The notes under the pieces were generated by a model. The model saw nothing but the letters and a program-made list of their open reading frames with translations, was not told where the DNA came from and searched no databases. Positions 16,046 through 29,919 of a stretch of 64,000 bases of DNA are shown here, in pieces. This stretch comes from Eledone cirrhosa (taxonomy: Eukaryota): contig OZ024740.1 in the NCBI GenBank assembly GCA_964016885.1, positions 78,182,001 to 78,246,000 of the forward strand. The letters are read 5' to 3'. Every line of letters begins with the position of its first letter. Position 1 is the stretch's first letter. The translations under genes and the position numbers were made by a program.

Positions 16046-16969
16046 GACCACACTCATGCAGATTTTCTCTGGTTGGGACACTCAAAGAATCTTTGCTCCC
16101 TGAGGCACTAAAAAACCTCTTGTTTTTCTTTTTTTTTTTAAATAAAGTAATGATTTAACTACTATTTCTAGCAAATGGAGTGACCATGTAGAGGAAGGTA
16201 ATCCCTTTTATTGCTTCAGCATTGTGTACCAGGCTGTATTTGTAGTTTCTTGTGGAGTGTGTGTGTTTGTGTGTCTTGTGTCACCACCCATTACTATGTG
16301 TTTATCTGTATCCATGTATGTGTGTGCGCGGCCACCTCTAAATTACAACAATTAAAGCAGTTTTATCTAAGCTGATGTTCTAGTGACCCTACAAATGTGT
16401 TCCCCTCCCCCGTCTCTGTGTCCCACCCACCCCATCTTCACCACCACCACTGCCCCTCACACCTCATTAAACCTTTAACAAAACTCTTAAAGAGCAAACA
16501 GTTTAATGGTCAATTCCTCTCCTCCTCCCACACTGTCACACAAATGTCATGTCTGAAGGTCATGTGATATTTTCATTGTAATAACTTATGGTGGGAGGAG
16601 GGCGGGAGAAGAAGATCTTATAGTTTCTGTTGCTTCACCGTTAACAACATTATCATCATTGTCATCTACTCATCACTGCACACAGATGCAATGTGGTGTA
16701 TATATATCCATTCGTATGTAGTTGACGGACGAAAGAAAAGAGCACTCAATATCAAAGGAAAGTTTAAATATTCATTTATTATGGCTATACACACTCAATC
16801 AATGAAGTTTATTTTACATGTATTTATTTTTTTTTTATTTTGTAACGACCTGTTACACGTGTTTCACTGACGATTGGCTCAGGGTCACCCATAGAAGTTA
16901 TAGACTTGACTACATTATCAATCTGCTCTTCAGACTGGAGATTCAACAAAAGATTCACTGAATTACATA

Positions 16970-17023
<54 letters not shown>

Positions 17024-17036
17024 GCACTCACACATA

Positions 17037-17144
17037 CAGGGTGTTCTGAAAACAAAAATAATGTATACACACTTTAACAGCATTCTAATAAATATTGCCT
17101 GTACAGATAATCAAAGTGTGTATACATTTTTGGGGAACAGCCTG
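17037..17144. mobile_element. Tc1/mariner-type MITE
   Basis: TA|CAGGGTGTT...AACAGCCTG|TA terminal inverted repeats; related copies at 34168-34240 and 55844-55933. Confidence 0.75.
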
Positions 17145-17159
17145 TATATATATAGTTCA

Positions 17160-17300
17160 AGAATAGCAAGACATACAAAGATACAATATTACAGTCTTAT
17201 TAGTTTCATGCTTGGGAATGAAGATAAATAATGTATCGGATGTTAGTCCTTCATCAAGAAAGAACAAAACTGGGAGAAAGAGTAGGTTTGAAGATGGTGG
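17160..17300 (-). mobile_element. PLE pseudo-LTR-like cassette family B, degenerate HHR
   Basis: Minus strand TTGATGA-AGGACTAACATCC-GATA-CAT-TA followed by AAGCATGAAACTAATA. Confidence 0.5.
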
Positions 17301-17457
17301 GAAAAGAAAGCTTTTTTTAAGATAGGTGTGGACCAAGATGGAGATCCTGGTTCAATCATTGGTATTGTGTGTCAAGATGGAGTGCATTACATGGGTGTTG
17401 TTAATGTTATCTCGCCTTTGTTTGTTTGTGTGTGTGTCTGTTATTTTTGTGTATATG

Positions 17458-17542
<85 letters not shown>

Positions 17543-17582
17543 TACTACCCTTTCATATTTATAATTATATATAACTCACATG

Positions 17583-17965
17583 GAGGCACATAGCTTAGTG
17601 GTTAGAGCATTGGCCTTGCAATCGAAAGGTTGTGAGTTCAATTCTCAGACCGGATGATGTATTGTTTCCTTGAGCAAGACACTTTATTTCACATTGCTCC
17701 AGTTTACTCAGCTGTAGAAATGAGATGATAGGGACTGGAGTCCCTATCATTCCACTGCAAAGTGGTCGAGGAGGTGCCATGGGCAAAAAACCACCCAGCC
17801 CTCTCTGTAAAAGTGGACGTGTAGGTGCCACGGCAAAAAAGCACCCAGCACTCACTGTAAATGTGGTTGGTGTTAGGAAGGGCATCCAGCTGTAGAAATC
17901 AAGCCAGAATCAGTTCTCGTCCCACCCTTGCAAGCAGGGAAAAGCAGATGTAAAATGATGAAAAA
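17583..17965 (+). mobile_element. Composite SINE: tRNA head, CORE-like domain, 38-bp repeats, RTE-type tail
   Basis: TAGTGGTTAGAGC (A box)...GAGTTCAATTC (B box)...CCTTGAGCAAGACACTTTATTTC...GGTTGGTGTTAGGAAGGGCATCCAGCTGTAGAAA...ATGATG; copy at 51797-52015 minus. Confidence 0.8.
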
Positions 17966-18904
17966 AAAACAAAAACACACATCCACATACACAGATATTA
18001 TTGGTAGCCTTGTGCTATTTCTCTTAGTTAATATATAAACACACAGCCAAGTACATACATACACACACACACGCGCACACATACTATAGTCTTTCACTAT
18101 TTTACTTAGTGTATTGTCGCCACATATTTCCTATTGAGAAAGCCAAGTTCAATTAGTACAACTTGTTGCTGAAGTTCATTGCTGTTTAGTCATTGGCGTG
18201 GCACACCTCTCTCCACACACACAAACACTGTACATATACACACACACTCACACAAACACTACATATACATACACACACTCACACAAACACTGTACATATA
18301 CACACACACACTCACACAAACACTACATATACACACACACTCACACAACTGTACACATACACTACATACACCGGAAAATACTGACACCAGAACTATTACA
18401 ACTGCCTCAACCTCAACCAGCATCACTATCACTACCACCATCATCACCAGAACTAGTACTACTAAAACTACTTTCAGTGACCACTTTGTTACTTATGTTA
18501 TGTAAGTAGATGGTAAAACTCCCAACTCAACGTGTCATTCAATGTGTCCTTTTTCTAAGACAGTGGAATGTGATATAAGAGAGATAAATTGTGCCACTGG
18601 GCCATGTCACCCACGTTACATATCGTGTCACATTGATTACTTTAAAAGAACACTTGCCTGTAGAATACTCAATCATTTATGTTCGTCTATCAATAACATA
18701 TTTCTACCATCAGATGTCCTTCTTGTCACTAACCTATATTTCCAATATGGTAGCACACACACACACACGCGGTAGGCCTCTGCAGAATTTCTATCAGCCA
18801 AACTCACAAGACATTGTGCATTTGTGTGTATGTATATGAATATGTGTTTACACACCACACACATACATGTATATATAGAGAGAGACTAGGTACAAATAAA
18901 GCAG

Positions 18905-19245
18905 CTATACTTCATTGGATGTGTAACATAAATGTGAGAGAAACGCAAAGCTTGGATGAACTGAGGAAGTAGCTGGGTTTAAGAGGAATCCGAGGTGGTG
19001 TGCATGAGAGAAGACTGTTGGTATGGACATGTGATGCATATGGATAATAATAGATGGGTAAGAAAATACCAGTGGATGGAAGCCACAGTCGAGGTAAATC
19101 AAGAAAGACCTGGGCAAAAGGGTAGAGCTGACTTCAAATCGCTGAGACTCACAGAGGAGAAGATGAAGGAATGCAGCGAGTGGAGAGATGCTGTGCTGAA
19201 AAGGACCTGTCCAGCCCATGCAAGTAAAAATGATGATGACGATAA
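18905..19245 (+). mobile_element. RTE LINE 3' end
   Basis: Degenerate LR..LGLRGIR...ERRL.WYGHVMHMD...W.R; ends CCCATGCAAGT...(GAT)n. Confidence 0.75.
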
Positions 19246-19329
19246 TGTGTTTGCATGTATATATATATGAATATATATATGTGTGTGTGTGTGTGTTTGA
19301 AGCATATAGACAGTATGCCCCCCACCCCA

Positions 19330-19602
19330 CTCCCACTGCAAAGTGGTTGTGGAGGTGTCACGACAAAAAAGCACCCAGTCTACACTGTAAAGTGGTCGTG
19401 TAGGCGCCATAGTAAAAAAGCACCCAGCACTCACTGTAAATGAGGTTGGTGTTAGGAAGGGCATCCAGCTGTAGAAATCAAGCCAAAATCAGTTCCCATA
19501 TGGGCAAAACACGGTCACTGGACCTGGTATTGCTCACAATAGGATGACCCGTCTAACCCATGCTAGCGTGGAAGAATGGACGTAAAACAGTGATGATGAT
19601 AT
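19330..19602 (+). mobile_element. SINE 3' part with 38-bp repeats and RTE-type tail
   Basis: GGAAGGGCATCCAGCTGTAGAAA...ACCCATGCTAGCGTGGAAGAATGGACGTAAAA...GATGATGAT. Confidence 0.7.
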
Positions 19603-19604
19603 GA

Positions 19605-19760
19605 CAGACTCCATACAGTTTCCATCTGCCTGTTTCACTCACAAGGTATTGGTCAATCTGCAGCTATAGTAGAAGACATTTACCCAAGGTGTTAAAGTGT
19701 TGCACAGTGAGATGGAACCTAAAACCATGGTGAACTCCTTAACTACATAACCATGCTAAC
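19605..19760 (-). mobile_element. tRNA-derived SINE (degenerate)
   Basis: Minus strand GGTTCCATCTCACTGTGC...CTTGGGTAAATGTCTTCTACTATAGC; relatives at 26790-26900, 38660-38770, 48460-48560. Confidence 0.6.
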
Positions 19761-20889
19761 ATGCTGTCCTGTTACCACATTACAGTTACTTTGATTCAGA
19801 TGGCTTCCTGCCACAACTGTGCTGATGGTAAGTGCTCAGATGGAACAACTCTCTTCTCATTCAAGGAGGTAAACCCCTAATCTGGGACGCTATGTTCTGC
19901 AACTTGTTCTCTACCTCCAAACATGTCGCTGCATCTGCAAACCCAGATACTGCCACTGTCACCCTCAATTCCGGAGAGAGGGAGATAACCAAATAGGGCT
20001 TGATCGGACTGCATCCTTTTAGTGCTGGTTGCCATTGAGACCTCAGATGTCCTTGGTCCCCAAACTGCTGGCTTCCTCTGTAAAATAGGAGAGACAGTAG
20101 CCTGCTGAGGTGGAGTGTGTGTTGCCGGCCATTCCCTGTGACAATGCCTTCAGCATTTTGTCCTTGGGGTGCAGCTAAAACATATCACTCAGACTGGGAT
20201 TAAGGTCTTTTGCTCCCTTTCTCTTTCATTACTTAATTTCCTTTTCTTTTTCTTATGGCAGTTTTTATCACACTTTCACTTTAGTTTAATAAACTTATTG
20301 TTGTCTTCACTGTTTGGGCCTTAGAGTGTAAACAATTCTTTTCATAAGGGACTTACTTCCACAGCGAGTAATTTCAAATTTAGATAAGGGTAAAATTTCA
20401 CCTGCATGTGAAGTGTTCTCTACTTCTGCAACTCTGAGGGATCAATAACATAAAAACATAAATCAAATACTGGTCTCTATTTGATTAATCATACTCTCTC
20501 CTCCTCTCTCTACACACATGCCTCTCCCTTCCTCTCTCCCCTCCTCTCTCTACACACATGCCTCTCCCTTCCTCTCTCCACACACATGCCTCTTTTTTTC
20601 CTCTCTCCTGGTCTTGTGCCACCTGATTAAAACACAATTTTATAGTTAACTCATATTTCCTTATTTATTAACTTGGTGGAGGGGAGAGTGTGAAGGATTG
20701 GGATGTGGAGTTGGAGGTTACTAGTGGGTATATTATATGGGTGGTTTGTTGACAGCTGGTTATTGGGAAAATATTAATTGGTTGCAGTGGTTGTAGTGAT
20801 GACAGAGGCAGCAGCAAGCTGACATTTACTTTCAGCTCTTGTGATGCTATTATGTAGTGGGGTCAATATAATTTGTGGTTTACTGCTTG

Positions 20890-21365
20890 TTAGAAGAAGG
20901 GAGGTGGATGTAAAAGCCAAACTTGCTATCTTCAATTTGGTATACATGTTACCCCTTACCTTTGGTCATGAATTTTGGGTGATGACTGAAAGAATTCGAT
21001 TACAAATACAAGCAGCCGAAATGGGGTTCCTCTAAAGGATCTTTGGAGTAATGTTATAATGTTACTTGAGAGAGTGTGTGGCTCAGAGATCATGGAGTAG
21101 AGCTGTTACTTCTCCAAATTGAGAGATTTCAACTCTGATACTACAGACCTCAGGAAAGAATTACTAGACACATTTCACAGGCAGGAAACCCCGGGGTAGA
21201 CCCCCCCCCCTTCCGAGCAAAATAGTTTGATAACATCCATGAGTTTGGCTTGTCTCACTTAGGGATACAGCCAGATCAAATTGAAACAGTTGCTTCTGAC
21301 AGGGCCCACTGAAAGGCATGCCTGAGCATGCTGCCACCACGACCCTCCCAGGAATAAGTAGAAGA
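20890..21365 (+). pseudogene. RTE LINE ORF C-terminal remnant
   Basis: KAKLAIFNLVYMLPLTFGHEFWVMTERIRLQIQAAEMGFL is typical of the post-RT region of RTE-clade LINEs; stops and frameshifts present. Confidence 0.85.
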
Positions 21366-21956
21366 AGAATTAGTGCTTATCAGAAATTGTTGTTGTTTTT
21401 GTTATCTTATATATTCTTTTCTTGAGTATTTTGATATCCTTGTTTCCACCTTGCAAAGACACTATTAACCTGGTTACAGACACACACACAGTTAAATAAA
21501 TGTAGTAACTTGGTATTTAATATTTGCGGCACAGTAGCAGAGTTGTAAAAAACAATCACAAATCGGAGTTTTTCCACAAAGATAATTTCTCTCTCACTCT
21601 CCTACTAACTGGAGTATTGGACTCATGGTGATAAGGTTATTTCGATTCCTGGACCAGGTAGTGCATTGTATTCTTCAACAAGACACACCATTTCACATTA
21701 TTTTTCATGTTAAGAATGGTGCCCTTATCATTAAAAAACACTTGAGAAATCTCCTATGAAATGAAACTACGTGGGAGGCTAGCTAAACCTGTATAGGTGT
21801 GAGCAGTAAATTTCAGTTTCTATTTCATTTCTCTTTTTATATGTGTGTGTGTATGTGCATGTGTTTCTGGGTTAGAATGTTTCTAGGGTTGTTTTTCTTA
21901 GCACCTTTAATTAAGTGCAATATATAATGTATTATAATATATATATATATATTATA

Positions 21957-21987
<31 letters not shown>

Positions 21988-22351
21988 AGTACTTTTTTAA
22001 TAATCTCAATTAAGTGCTCAATAAATCTATGTTTGTCTGATAAATCCTCACAAACAAGTACATTTAGGTGGATGAGTGTGTGCAGCGAGAGAAGAGATCT
22101 AGCCATATTGATAACATCTATGAGGCTGTGTGATATATAGATGTATCTGTATGTCATCATCATCATCATCATCATCATGTATGTATATATATATATAATT
22201 GTTTCTACTTTTGGCACAAGGTCAGCAATTACCCAGTGCATTACTGGTACTTTATGTATATATATATAATGCATACATGTTAAGATATGAGTGTGTATTT
22301 TTATATTGTATGTTCATATAATTAAATGCATTTTAAATAAACAAACATGTT

Positions 22352-22406
<55 letters not shown>

Positions 22407-23127
22407 GTTATTATTATTATTATGTGCTGTGTGTGTGTGTGTAACAGTGATATAGAATATCTTCACCATCATTTTCATGTGATTTCTTTATTCTCACCAA
22501 GCTATTTAGCACAAGGTGCCATAACTTAGCAATCACAAACCATATTACCTTTTCTCTGTTTCCATGTTCTCTTTCAATGTTGGGGGGGGGGGGGGGGAGA
22601 CAACAACTACAACAACAATTTTTTTCGTTATTTTGCCAAATCTTCTGCCAAATATTTTGGTTTGTTTAGCAAAAAAAAAAAAAAATAATAATTTTCAGGT
22701 GGAAATCTCTGCTTCCATTATATATGAATATATAAAAATAGATGGATTGTTAAGCCAGCTAGTGAAATAGATACATACACATATACACTGAACAAACATA
22801 TACATTTACTGTAGACATCCATACATACATATACATATACATGCACATCTCTTGTTCATATGTTAGAAAATTATTTAAGAAAAGCATTCTTTGAGTTGAT
22901 GGTAAATAGATGTTGATGGGAGATGCTCATGTATATTTTGGTTCCACACTATTGTATAAAGGCTAGTTGTCTATTTGTTGTTTAACCCAAGGTTGGCTCT
23001 GATTAATGGCCTCTGCTCAACTGTGTCCCAGCCAACATAATTCTATCTCTTCTCAATTATGGCAAATAAACTATTGCCATTACTTGCAATTGAGGATGAC
23101 TTTGCAATGACAGGAACAATGCTTTTG

Positions 23128-23320
23128 CTAATTGTTTCTACTTTTGGCACAAGGCCAGCAATTAACCAGTGCATTACTGGTACTTTATTTTATCGACCCT
23201 GTAAGGGTGAAAGGCAAAGTAAACCTTGGCGGGATTTGAACTCAGACCGTAAAGGGGTGTAACTCTATGCGTCAAAGCATGGTGTCCAACTCTCTACGGA
23301 TACTGCTAATCCACCACCAT
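23128..23320 (-). mobile_element. SINE family A, full length
   Basis: Reverse complement of 33005-33197. Confidence 0.85.
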
Positions 23321-24113
23321 CAGCAACAATAATAATGTCCAAATGTGTGTGTGTCTTCCTGTTTACATCTCTCTTACACAAATATATGTACATCATGGTG
23401 CCTTGTCATCTTGCTCCAGTGGATGTTGTTGTTGTTGTCGTCGTTGACATGTTGGCCACAACAGTTGCCATAGCAACTGTTGCTGAGGAGAGGTGGGGAT
23501 GGAGTCTTAGTTGATATTTTGTCCAACAGACCATGTGTAATTGCATAAAAATAAATAAATAAATAACTGGATATTTTTTTATGGTTGATTGTCCTATCTA
23601 ATAGCCTATCCCCCCCCCCCACTATTTCTCTTTAAATATATATTGTGTGTAGCTGTCACTTGTATTTCAGGATGTATTTTTGATGAAGTTATTTATGCCC
23701 TTCCTACACCAACCCCTACCTATTATGAACACTTGTGTGCCTATTTTTGTAATATTTTAGTAGAAACTATCTAAAATCGTTTGTTAATTCAAACGGTCAT
23801 AGTATATTTACTAGTGAACAGATCATTGTGAAATTTTGCAGTAAACTAAAGTATTTCATTTGTCATGTAATGCAGTAATAATGCGATTTTGTACTTTTCA
23901 AGAATATCTTGCTAATGCAGTTTCTTGTGGTACAGGGCATTAAGTTAAAATAAAAGCAGTTTATGCTGAAATATGGTGTGTGTGTAAAATAGTGAATAGG
24001 GAATTAACTTATACAGCAACTGCTGTATAAAGCAGATCATTGGTGTGAACAGATGTCATGGAAGTCACCAAGAATGGCACTCACAGTAAACAATATGTCT
24101 TGTTTGTGTTTAA

Positions 24114-24331
24114 CTCTTTAACATTTAAACAAGCTATACCCAGCCAGAATCCTCTCACCTCTTTCTGTTCAAACTAGCCCTAACTGGCCCCTCATATCGA
24201 CATTAAGCATTTGTTCTCAAAATAAATAACATCAAATTTTATAGATTATATTATGCGAGATGATTATGTAAGATAAACTCTTTACCACAAAAATACTATA
24301 GTATATATAGAGTAATGTAAATGTTAAAGGG
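24114..24331. mobile_element. piggyBac-like MITE
   Basis: TTAA|CTCTTTAACATTT...AAATGTTAAAGGG|TTAA. Confidence 0.7.
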
Positions 24332-24465
24332 TTAAACTGGCTTGAATATGGTCTTCCTTATGATGTGTTCCTTCGTATCAGATCATAACTTAGCATTTCC
24401 TCAAATAGAGATAACAGAATAAGTATGTATGTAGTAAGGGTGATATGATTGATTAAACCTGTTAA

Positions 24466-24664
24466 CCCTTTTGTTACCATAGTTCTATGATTTTCAAATA
24501 ATTTTGAAAATAATCAAAAATTTGAAAGGATTTAGTGATATAGCTTAACAAAGGTTCTTACATAAACTATGCCAAAAGTCTTTTTGATAAATATTAATAC
24601 TTTAAAATAAATAGACCTATATCACAGAGCCACGATCAGTTTCAGCAAGTTTGATATAAAAAGG
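24466..24664. mobile_element. piggyBac-like MITE
   Basis: TTAA|CCCTTTTGTTACC...GATATAAAAAGG|TTAA. Confidence 0.65.
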
Positions 24665-24949
24665 TTAAAGTAGTGCCCCATCATGGCCATAGTCCAATAA
24701 CAAATTATTTGGGATGGGGTGGGATGGCTAAAATAAAATAAAATAAACACACACATATACACAATAAAATAAAATAAAATTCCACACAGTAATTCCTCCT
24801 GTGATCTGAGTTCATATTTCGCCGAGATTAACTCTGCTTTTCTACTGTTCTATCTCTGCACATTGTTAAACGAAGATGATGATGATGATGATTTTAGGTT
24901 CAAATCCCATCTTTTACCAGAAACATTTTGACATTATTTCAGTTATTAA

Positions 24950-25148
24950 CTTTGTTGGTACCAACCCACCTGAAACAGCCCTGGTTTTCTGATACACACT
25001 TCTTATCTTTATTTTTTCATACTTATATTAAAACCTTCCATCATAATATATTTGTTTCAAACATCAGCTTACTAATAAAAAGGTTAACTATTTTTATTTT
25101 AAATTCTTAAAATCTTCAAAGTTAATTGATACACAGCAACAAAAAGGA
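24950..25148. mobile_element. piggyBac-like MITE, opposite orientation to 24466-24664
   Basis: TTAA flanks, same length, diverged reverse-complement similarity. Confidence 0.55.
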
Positions 25149-26899
25149 TTAAAACACTAATGAGATGCAACTTCATAGGAGTGTGGCTAAACCTATGCAG
25201 GTGTGACCCACAACAACAAATCCTCCACTTGAAATAGATATATCTCTCATATTGTGTGTTCAAATCCATCCTGGCTCCATCTTATCTACTTAGCCTGTAA
25301 TCTCTTCTAGAACAAGGCCGGGCTCTCCATTAACAGAACACAACATAAAATATACACACACATATACACCACTTCATATATGTATGCCACTTCAGATATA
25401 TATATATACACATATCTACACGACTTCATATTTAATACCAATTAAAAATACTTATCTCCTTATTACCTCCCCTTCTTTCACTCTCCATTATTTTTCTCTA
25501 CTCTCTCTCTTTCCTGTCTTGTATATTTAATTAAATTTCTTCAAATCCACCCAATTATAGCTGCTTGACCAAGCTATTCTATCCATGTTTTATATCTTGA
25601 CCAGTTTCCTTATTGCTTGCTTAACTTTGGCTCCTGGATTCTTAGGCAAATACCAAAAAAGATTCCTTTTGATAATAGAGTTCAATGTGTCTAATGGAGC
25701 AGATTTCCAGGAGTTTTGTGTAGGTGGTGATGGTTATGTGTGTAGTAGAGGTGTTGGGGGTCGTTATTTGGTTATGGAAACTGATGGTTGTGGTGTGGCG
25801 TTGCTATTGGCAGTGGTGGGTGGTGTGTTATGTGGGAGTGAAGATATAAATATACTAGTAGGGGTGGTGTAGGGGTGGTGTAGGAGTGGAGATATCCATA
25901 CACTAGTGGTGGTAGTAGTGGGTGATGTACTAGGTGGAAGTGGAGTATTTTTATATACTAGTAGAGATGGTGGTGTGGCAGTGGTGAGTGGTGTAGTGTG
26001 TGAGGGTGGAGATATGTATATACTAGCAGTGGTGGTGGTAGTGGTGGATACATTATAATAGATGTATTAATGGAAACTTGTGGCATTGCTAGTACTAGTT
26101 GTGGTGGATGAATGGTAGTGGTTGTAGTGTAGTTATTGTGGTGAAGATGGTGGTGGTGAAGAGTGCATAGTGGTGGTGTTGGTAGGGGGTCTATAGTAGT
26201 GATTGTGGTGGATGTAGGTTGGGGTTGTTTTAGAGGAAGGGGAGGATATGTGGTCACAACAGATTAGCAGGAGGTCACAGTGTCTGTGTGTGAGAGACAA
26301 TGCAGCTGTGCTTGGAGTAGGAAGGTCCACAGAGCTGAAGGTTGCTGAAACAACAGCTAATTAGTGTGTTTGGTGTTTGGGTGGTATGTCAAAGGTCACT
26401 TGAATAAGTTGGGAAGTTGTGTGGAAGGGAGGGAGGTTGGTGGAAGCAGGTCATAGGAGGCTATGTTGAGGTTTTGATGAGTCAAGGGCCCAATTGTTTC
26501 ACACACAAAGCACAACATTCATCATTAGAAACCAATGAGGGTGCCTCTACATGATTGCTTGACATGCTAGAAATAGCAGCTAAAGCTCCCTCATCACACA
26601 CCGCAGTCTTACAAAATTACTTGACTGACCTTGTGCATTAATCAATTGAACCAAGGAGGAAAACTTTATATGGACTTTTGAATTGCTAGAAATAGCAGCC
26701 AAATCGAAATCTCCCTCAAATCATACTCCAATGTCTTAAAACCACAGGACGGATTGACCTTGGTTTGTGTGTGTCACAAACACATGATTTCGGATTCAGT
26801 CCAACTGCATGGCACATTAGGCAAGTGTGCCCTGATATAGTCGCAGGTTGACCAATGCCTTGTGGGAGAAATTTGCTAGATGGAAAATGTGAAGGTTAT

Positions 26900-27242
<343 letters not shown>

Positions 27243-27415
27243 CTCAATCCATATATATATAATCTGTGTTTATATATACTCTCCTATACATCTCTACATA
27301 CAAATAGTCATATTTTTACTCTTTCTCTCTCTATCTTTCTGTATGTATAATCATCATCGATTAACATCTATCTCTCATTCTAGCATGAGTAGACGGGTCC
27401 CATTTAGAGGCAAAC

Positions 27416-27450
<35 letters not shown>

Positions 27451-27456
27451 GTGTAT

Positions 27457-27530
27457 AGTCTGATGGCTGATAAATATGCGAAACTCCAGCAGAGTAACAA
27501 GACTCACTATTTAGCCTTAATTTAGCTTGA
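27457..27530 (+). mobile_element. HHR-like cassette family C fragment
   Basis: CTGATGG...GCGAAACTCCAG...GAGTAACAAGACTCAC; reverse complement of 30820-30900 and 42680-42755. Confidence 0.55.
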
Positions 27531-27839
27531 AAATAGTAAGTATAGATAGGGTCGATATATGATTAACCGAGTTCCTTGAGGGTGATGCCCAGTATGGCTG
27601 CAGTCATGAAACCAGTAAAAATATGCACACACACACACACACACACACACACCATCCATCCAGCATCTTCCAGTAAAAGGTCCTAGAAGCTGCTCAGTGA
27701 GATTGAACCCTGGAACACATGGTTATAAACTGAACTTCGTAGCCACACAACTATTATTGTGAGAAAGGTATCAATGTCATTATTCCTCTCTGTCTCTCTC
27801 TCTAATATACACACATATATTTATATGTACATACACACA

Positions 27840-27881
<42 letters not shown>

Positions 27882-27886
<5 letters not shown>

Positions 27887-28025
27887 ATCTTTGGGAGGGT
27901 CATGTTGCCAATAAGAAACACACGCACCATTGCTTTCACTCCAATTTATTATAAATTAAATTTATAAATTTCCGGTTGGTTGGTTCCACAACCAGACGAT
28001 TGTTCATATATTGTCAAAGTTCTTT
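27882..28025 (-). mobile_element. Second copy of the PLE pseudo-LTR 3' end
   Basis: Reverse complement of ~6761-6900; abuts (TA)n. Confidence 0.85.
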
Positions 28026-28090
28026 AGCATAACAATATCAGTTTCAACACACGTTTTCAGATAAAGAATCTTGCTAAACAAATTCAGAAA

Positions 28091-28190
<100 letters not shown>

Positions 28191-28274
28191 ATATATAATC
28201 AGGGTAGAACCAGTTTTAAACCTGTTAGGCTATTGCTCAGAGTACTCCATCCTTGGAGGAGTAGAGTATGATTG

Positions 28275-28342
28275 TAAAGAGTTCGGGCCCGACGGCTGAG
28301 CTCAAAATGGCAAGAGCTCAGCCGTCGGGCCCCGACTCTTTA
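28275..28342. repeat. Hairpin related to family D
   Basis: TAAAGAGT..GGGCCCGACGGCTGAGCTC / GAGCTCAGCCGTCGGGCCC..ACTCTTTA. Confidence 0.85.
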
Positions 28343-28343
28343 T

Positions 28344-28379
<36 letters not shown>

Positions 28380-28479
28380 ATATATATATACACACACACA
28401 CATGAAGAAAGAAGAATGACTCCACTGATGGTTGATATTCTTTAAACATGCTTCACAGTAACTTAATTATGTATATGTT

Positions 28480-28517
<38 letters not shown>

Positions 28518-29039
28518 ATTCTGTTCATCCCTATAGTTATTTTACTCTCTTTCCCCGTCACACCATCCAGTGACATTACAAGGACATAAGGAAATGATAT
28601 GACTATTAAAATTGGAACACACATACAGACACTCTCTCACACACCCACACACACGCATACATACACACACATATACTCGCACATAAGTGTGAAAAAAAAA
28701 AGAGAAAATTACAATAGTAGTATATTACTTGAACGCATAAACGCCTTGACGTGCGTGTATGAATGCATGTATATACGCGTATTTGCCTATATATGCGTAT
28801 ATATGTTATAACTAAATGTGTGGACATACACGGCATTTTCTGCTATTGTCTGTGTTATCTATATATCGTCATCTTTTAACACCCATTTTCCTCGCTAGCA
28901 TGGGTTCGACGAGCTGTCCCGATGTGAGACAAGCCAGGTCGGAGGACCGTGTTTTGCTCATATAGAACTACAGAACTGATTTTCGTTTTGTTTCTACGTC
29001 TGGATTCTCTTCCTAACGCCAAATTCATTTATAGTGTGT

Positions 29040-29275
29040 CCTGTCTGCTTTTTGTTGTGGTACCTACACGACCACTTTACATTGTGGACTGGACACGTTT
29101 TGTCGTGACACCTACACAACCACTTTACAGTGTGGGCTGGACACTTTTAGTCGTGACACCTACACGACCACTTTACAGTGTGGGCTGGACACTTTTTGTC
29201 GTGACTCCTACACGACCACTTTATAGTGTGGACTGGACACTTTTGTCGTGATACCTACACAACCACTTTACTGTG
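29040..29275 (+). repeat. 38-bp minisatellite (~6 units) inside a SINE
   Basis: Unit CCTACACGACCACTTTACAGTGTGGGCTGGACACTTTTTGTCGTGACA-like; SINE tail at 28865-28910. Confidence 0.9.
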
Positions 29276-29467
29276 TGTATATATATTGTTTATTGGCAGT
29301 AGCATTAACAGTGCATAATAGGGGTGTATATGAAGGCATATACTATATGTTTATATACAATAAACACATAAGATCTTTGCTATCAAAGAAAATATTTTTT
29401 CGTATGAAAAAATTATGTGATATAATCTTTTGCTCTTTTAACATGTCACAGGTATCTCAGCCGTTGA

Positions 29468-29518
29468 GAATGCCAGACAGCTGTTTCAAAATTCATCAAT
29501 CTCTCGTTAGTGACATTC
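29468..29518 (-). ncRNA. Hammerhead ribozyme, left arm of inverted repeat (G5>A, probably inactive)
   Basis: Minus strand GAATGTCA-CTAACGA-GAGATT gatg AATTTT-GAAA-CAGCTG-TC-TGGCATTC. Confidence 0.7.
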
Positions 29519-29652
29519 GTGTGTTGAACATCGGCTGGCGATACCTTATTTGCATATAGTAAATAGAAAACATCGGCTAGAAATGTTCATTTGCATATAG
29601 TGTGAAGTTGGTTGGTTATAATGAAAATGAACATCTTCAGTAAATGTTGAAT

Positions 29653-29703
29653 GAATGTCACTGATGGGAGATTAATGAATCTTGAAACAGCTGTCTGGCA
29701 TTC
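29653..29703 (+). ncRNA. Hammerhead ribozyme, right arm of inverted repeat
   Basis: GAATGTCA-CTGATGG-GAGATT aatg AATCTT-GAAA-CAGCTG-TC-TGGCATTC: 8-bp stem I, 6-bp stem II, palindromic stem III, GUC cleavage triplet. Confidence 0.85.
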
Positions 29704-29919
29704 TCAACAGCTACTGTGATACCTTAGACATGTTAACAAAGCAAAAGAGAGAGAAATATAATTATTTAATAACAAAAAATAATTTTTCTTTCATAGTGAG
29801 GCTCTTATTGTAGATAAACACAGTTTATGCTTTCATTACTCTATTCCGTGTTCCAGCCCGACAGGCTGTGGCCATTATATACTCCAATTATATATAATGT
29901 GTGTGTGTGTAGTTGGCTG

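Noticed and set aside
19800-20150. Possible micro-exon (TTCAG|...ATG|GTAAGT at 19800-19827) or decayed zinc-knuckle ORF on the minus strand
   Set aside because: No supporting neighbouring exons or continuous reading frame; needs RNA-seq or BLASTX
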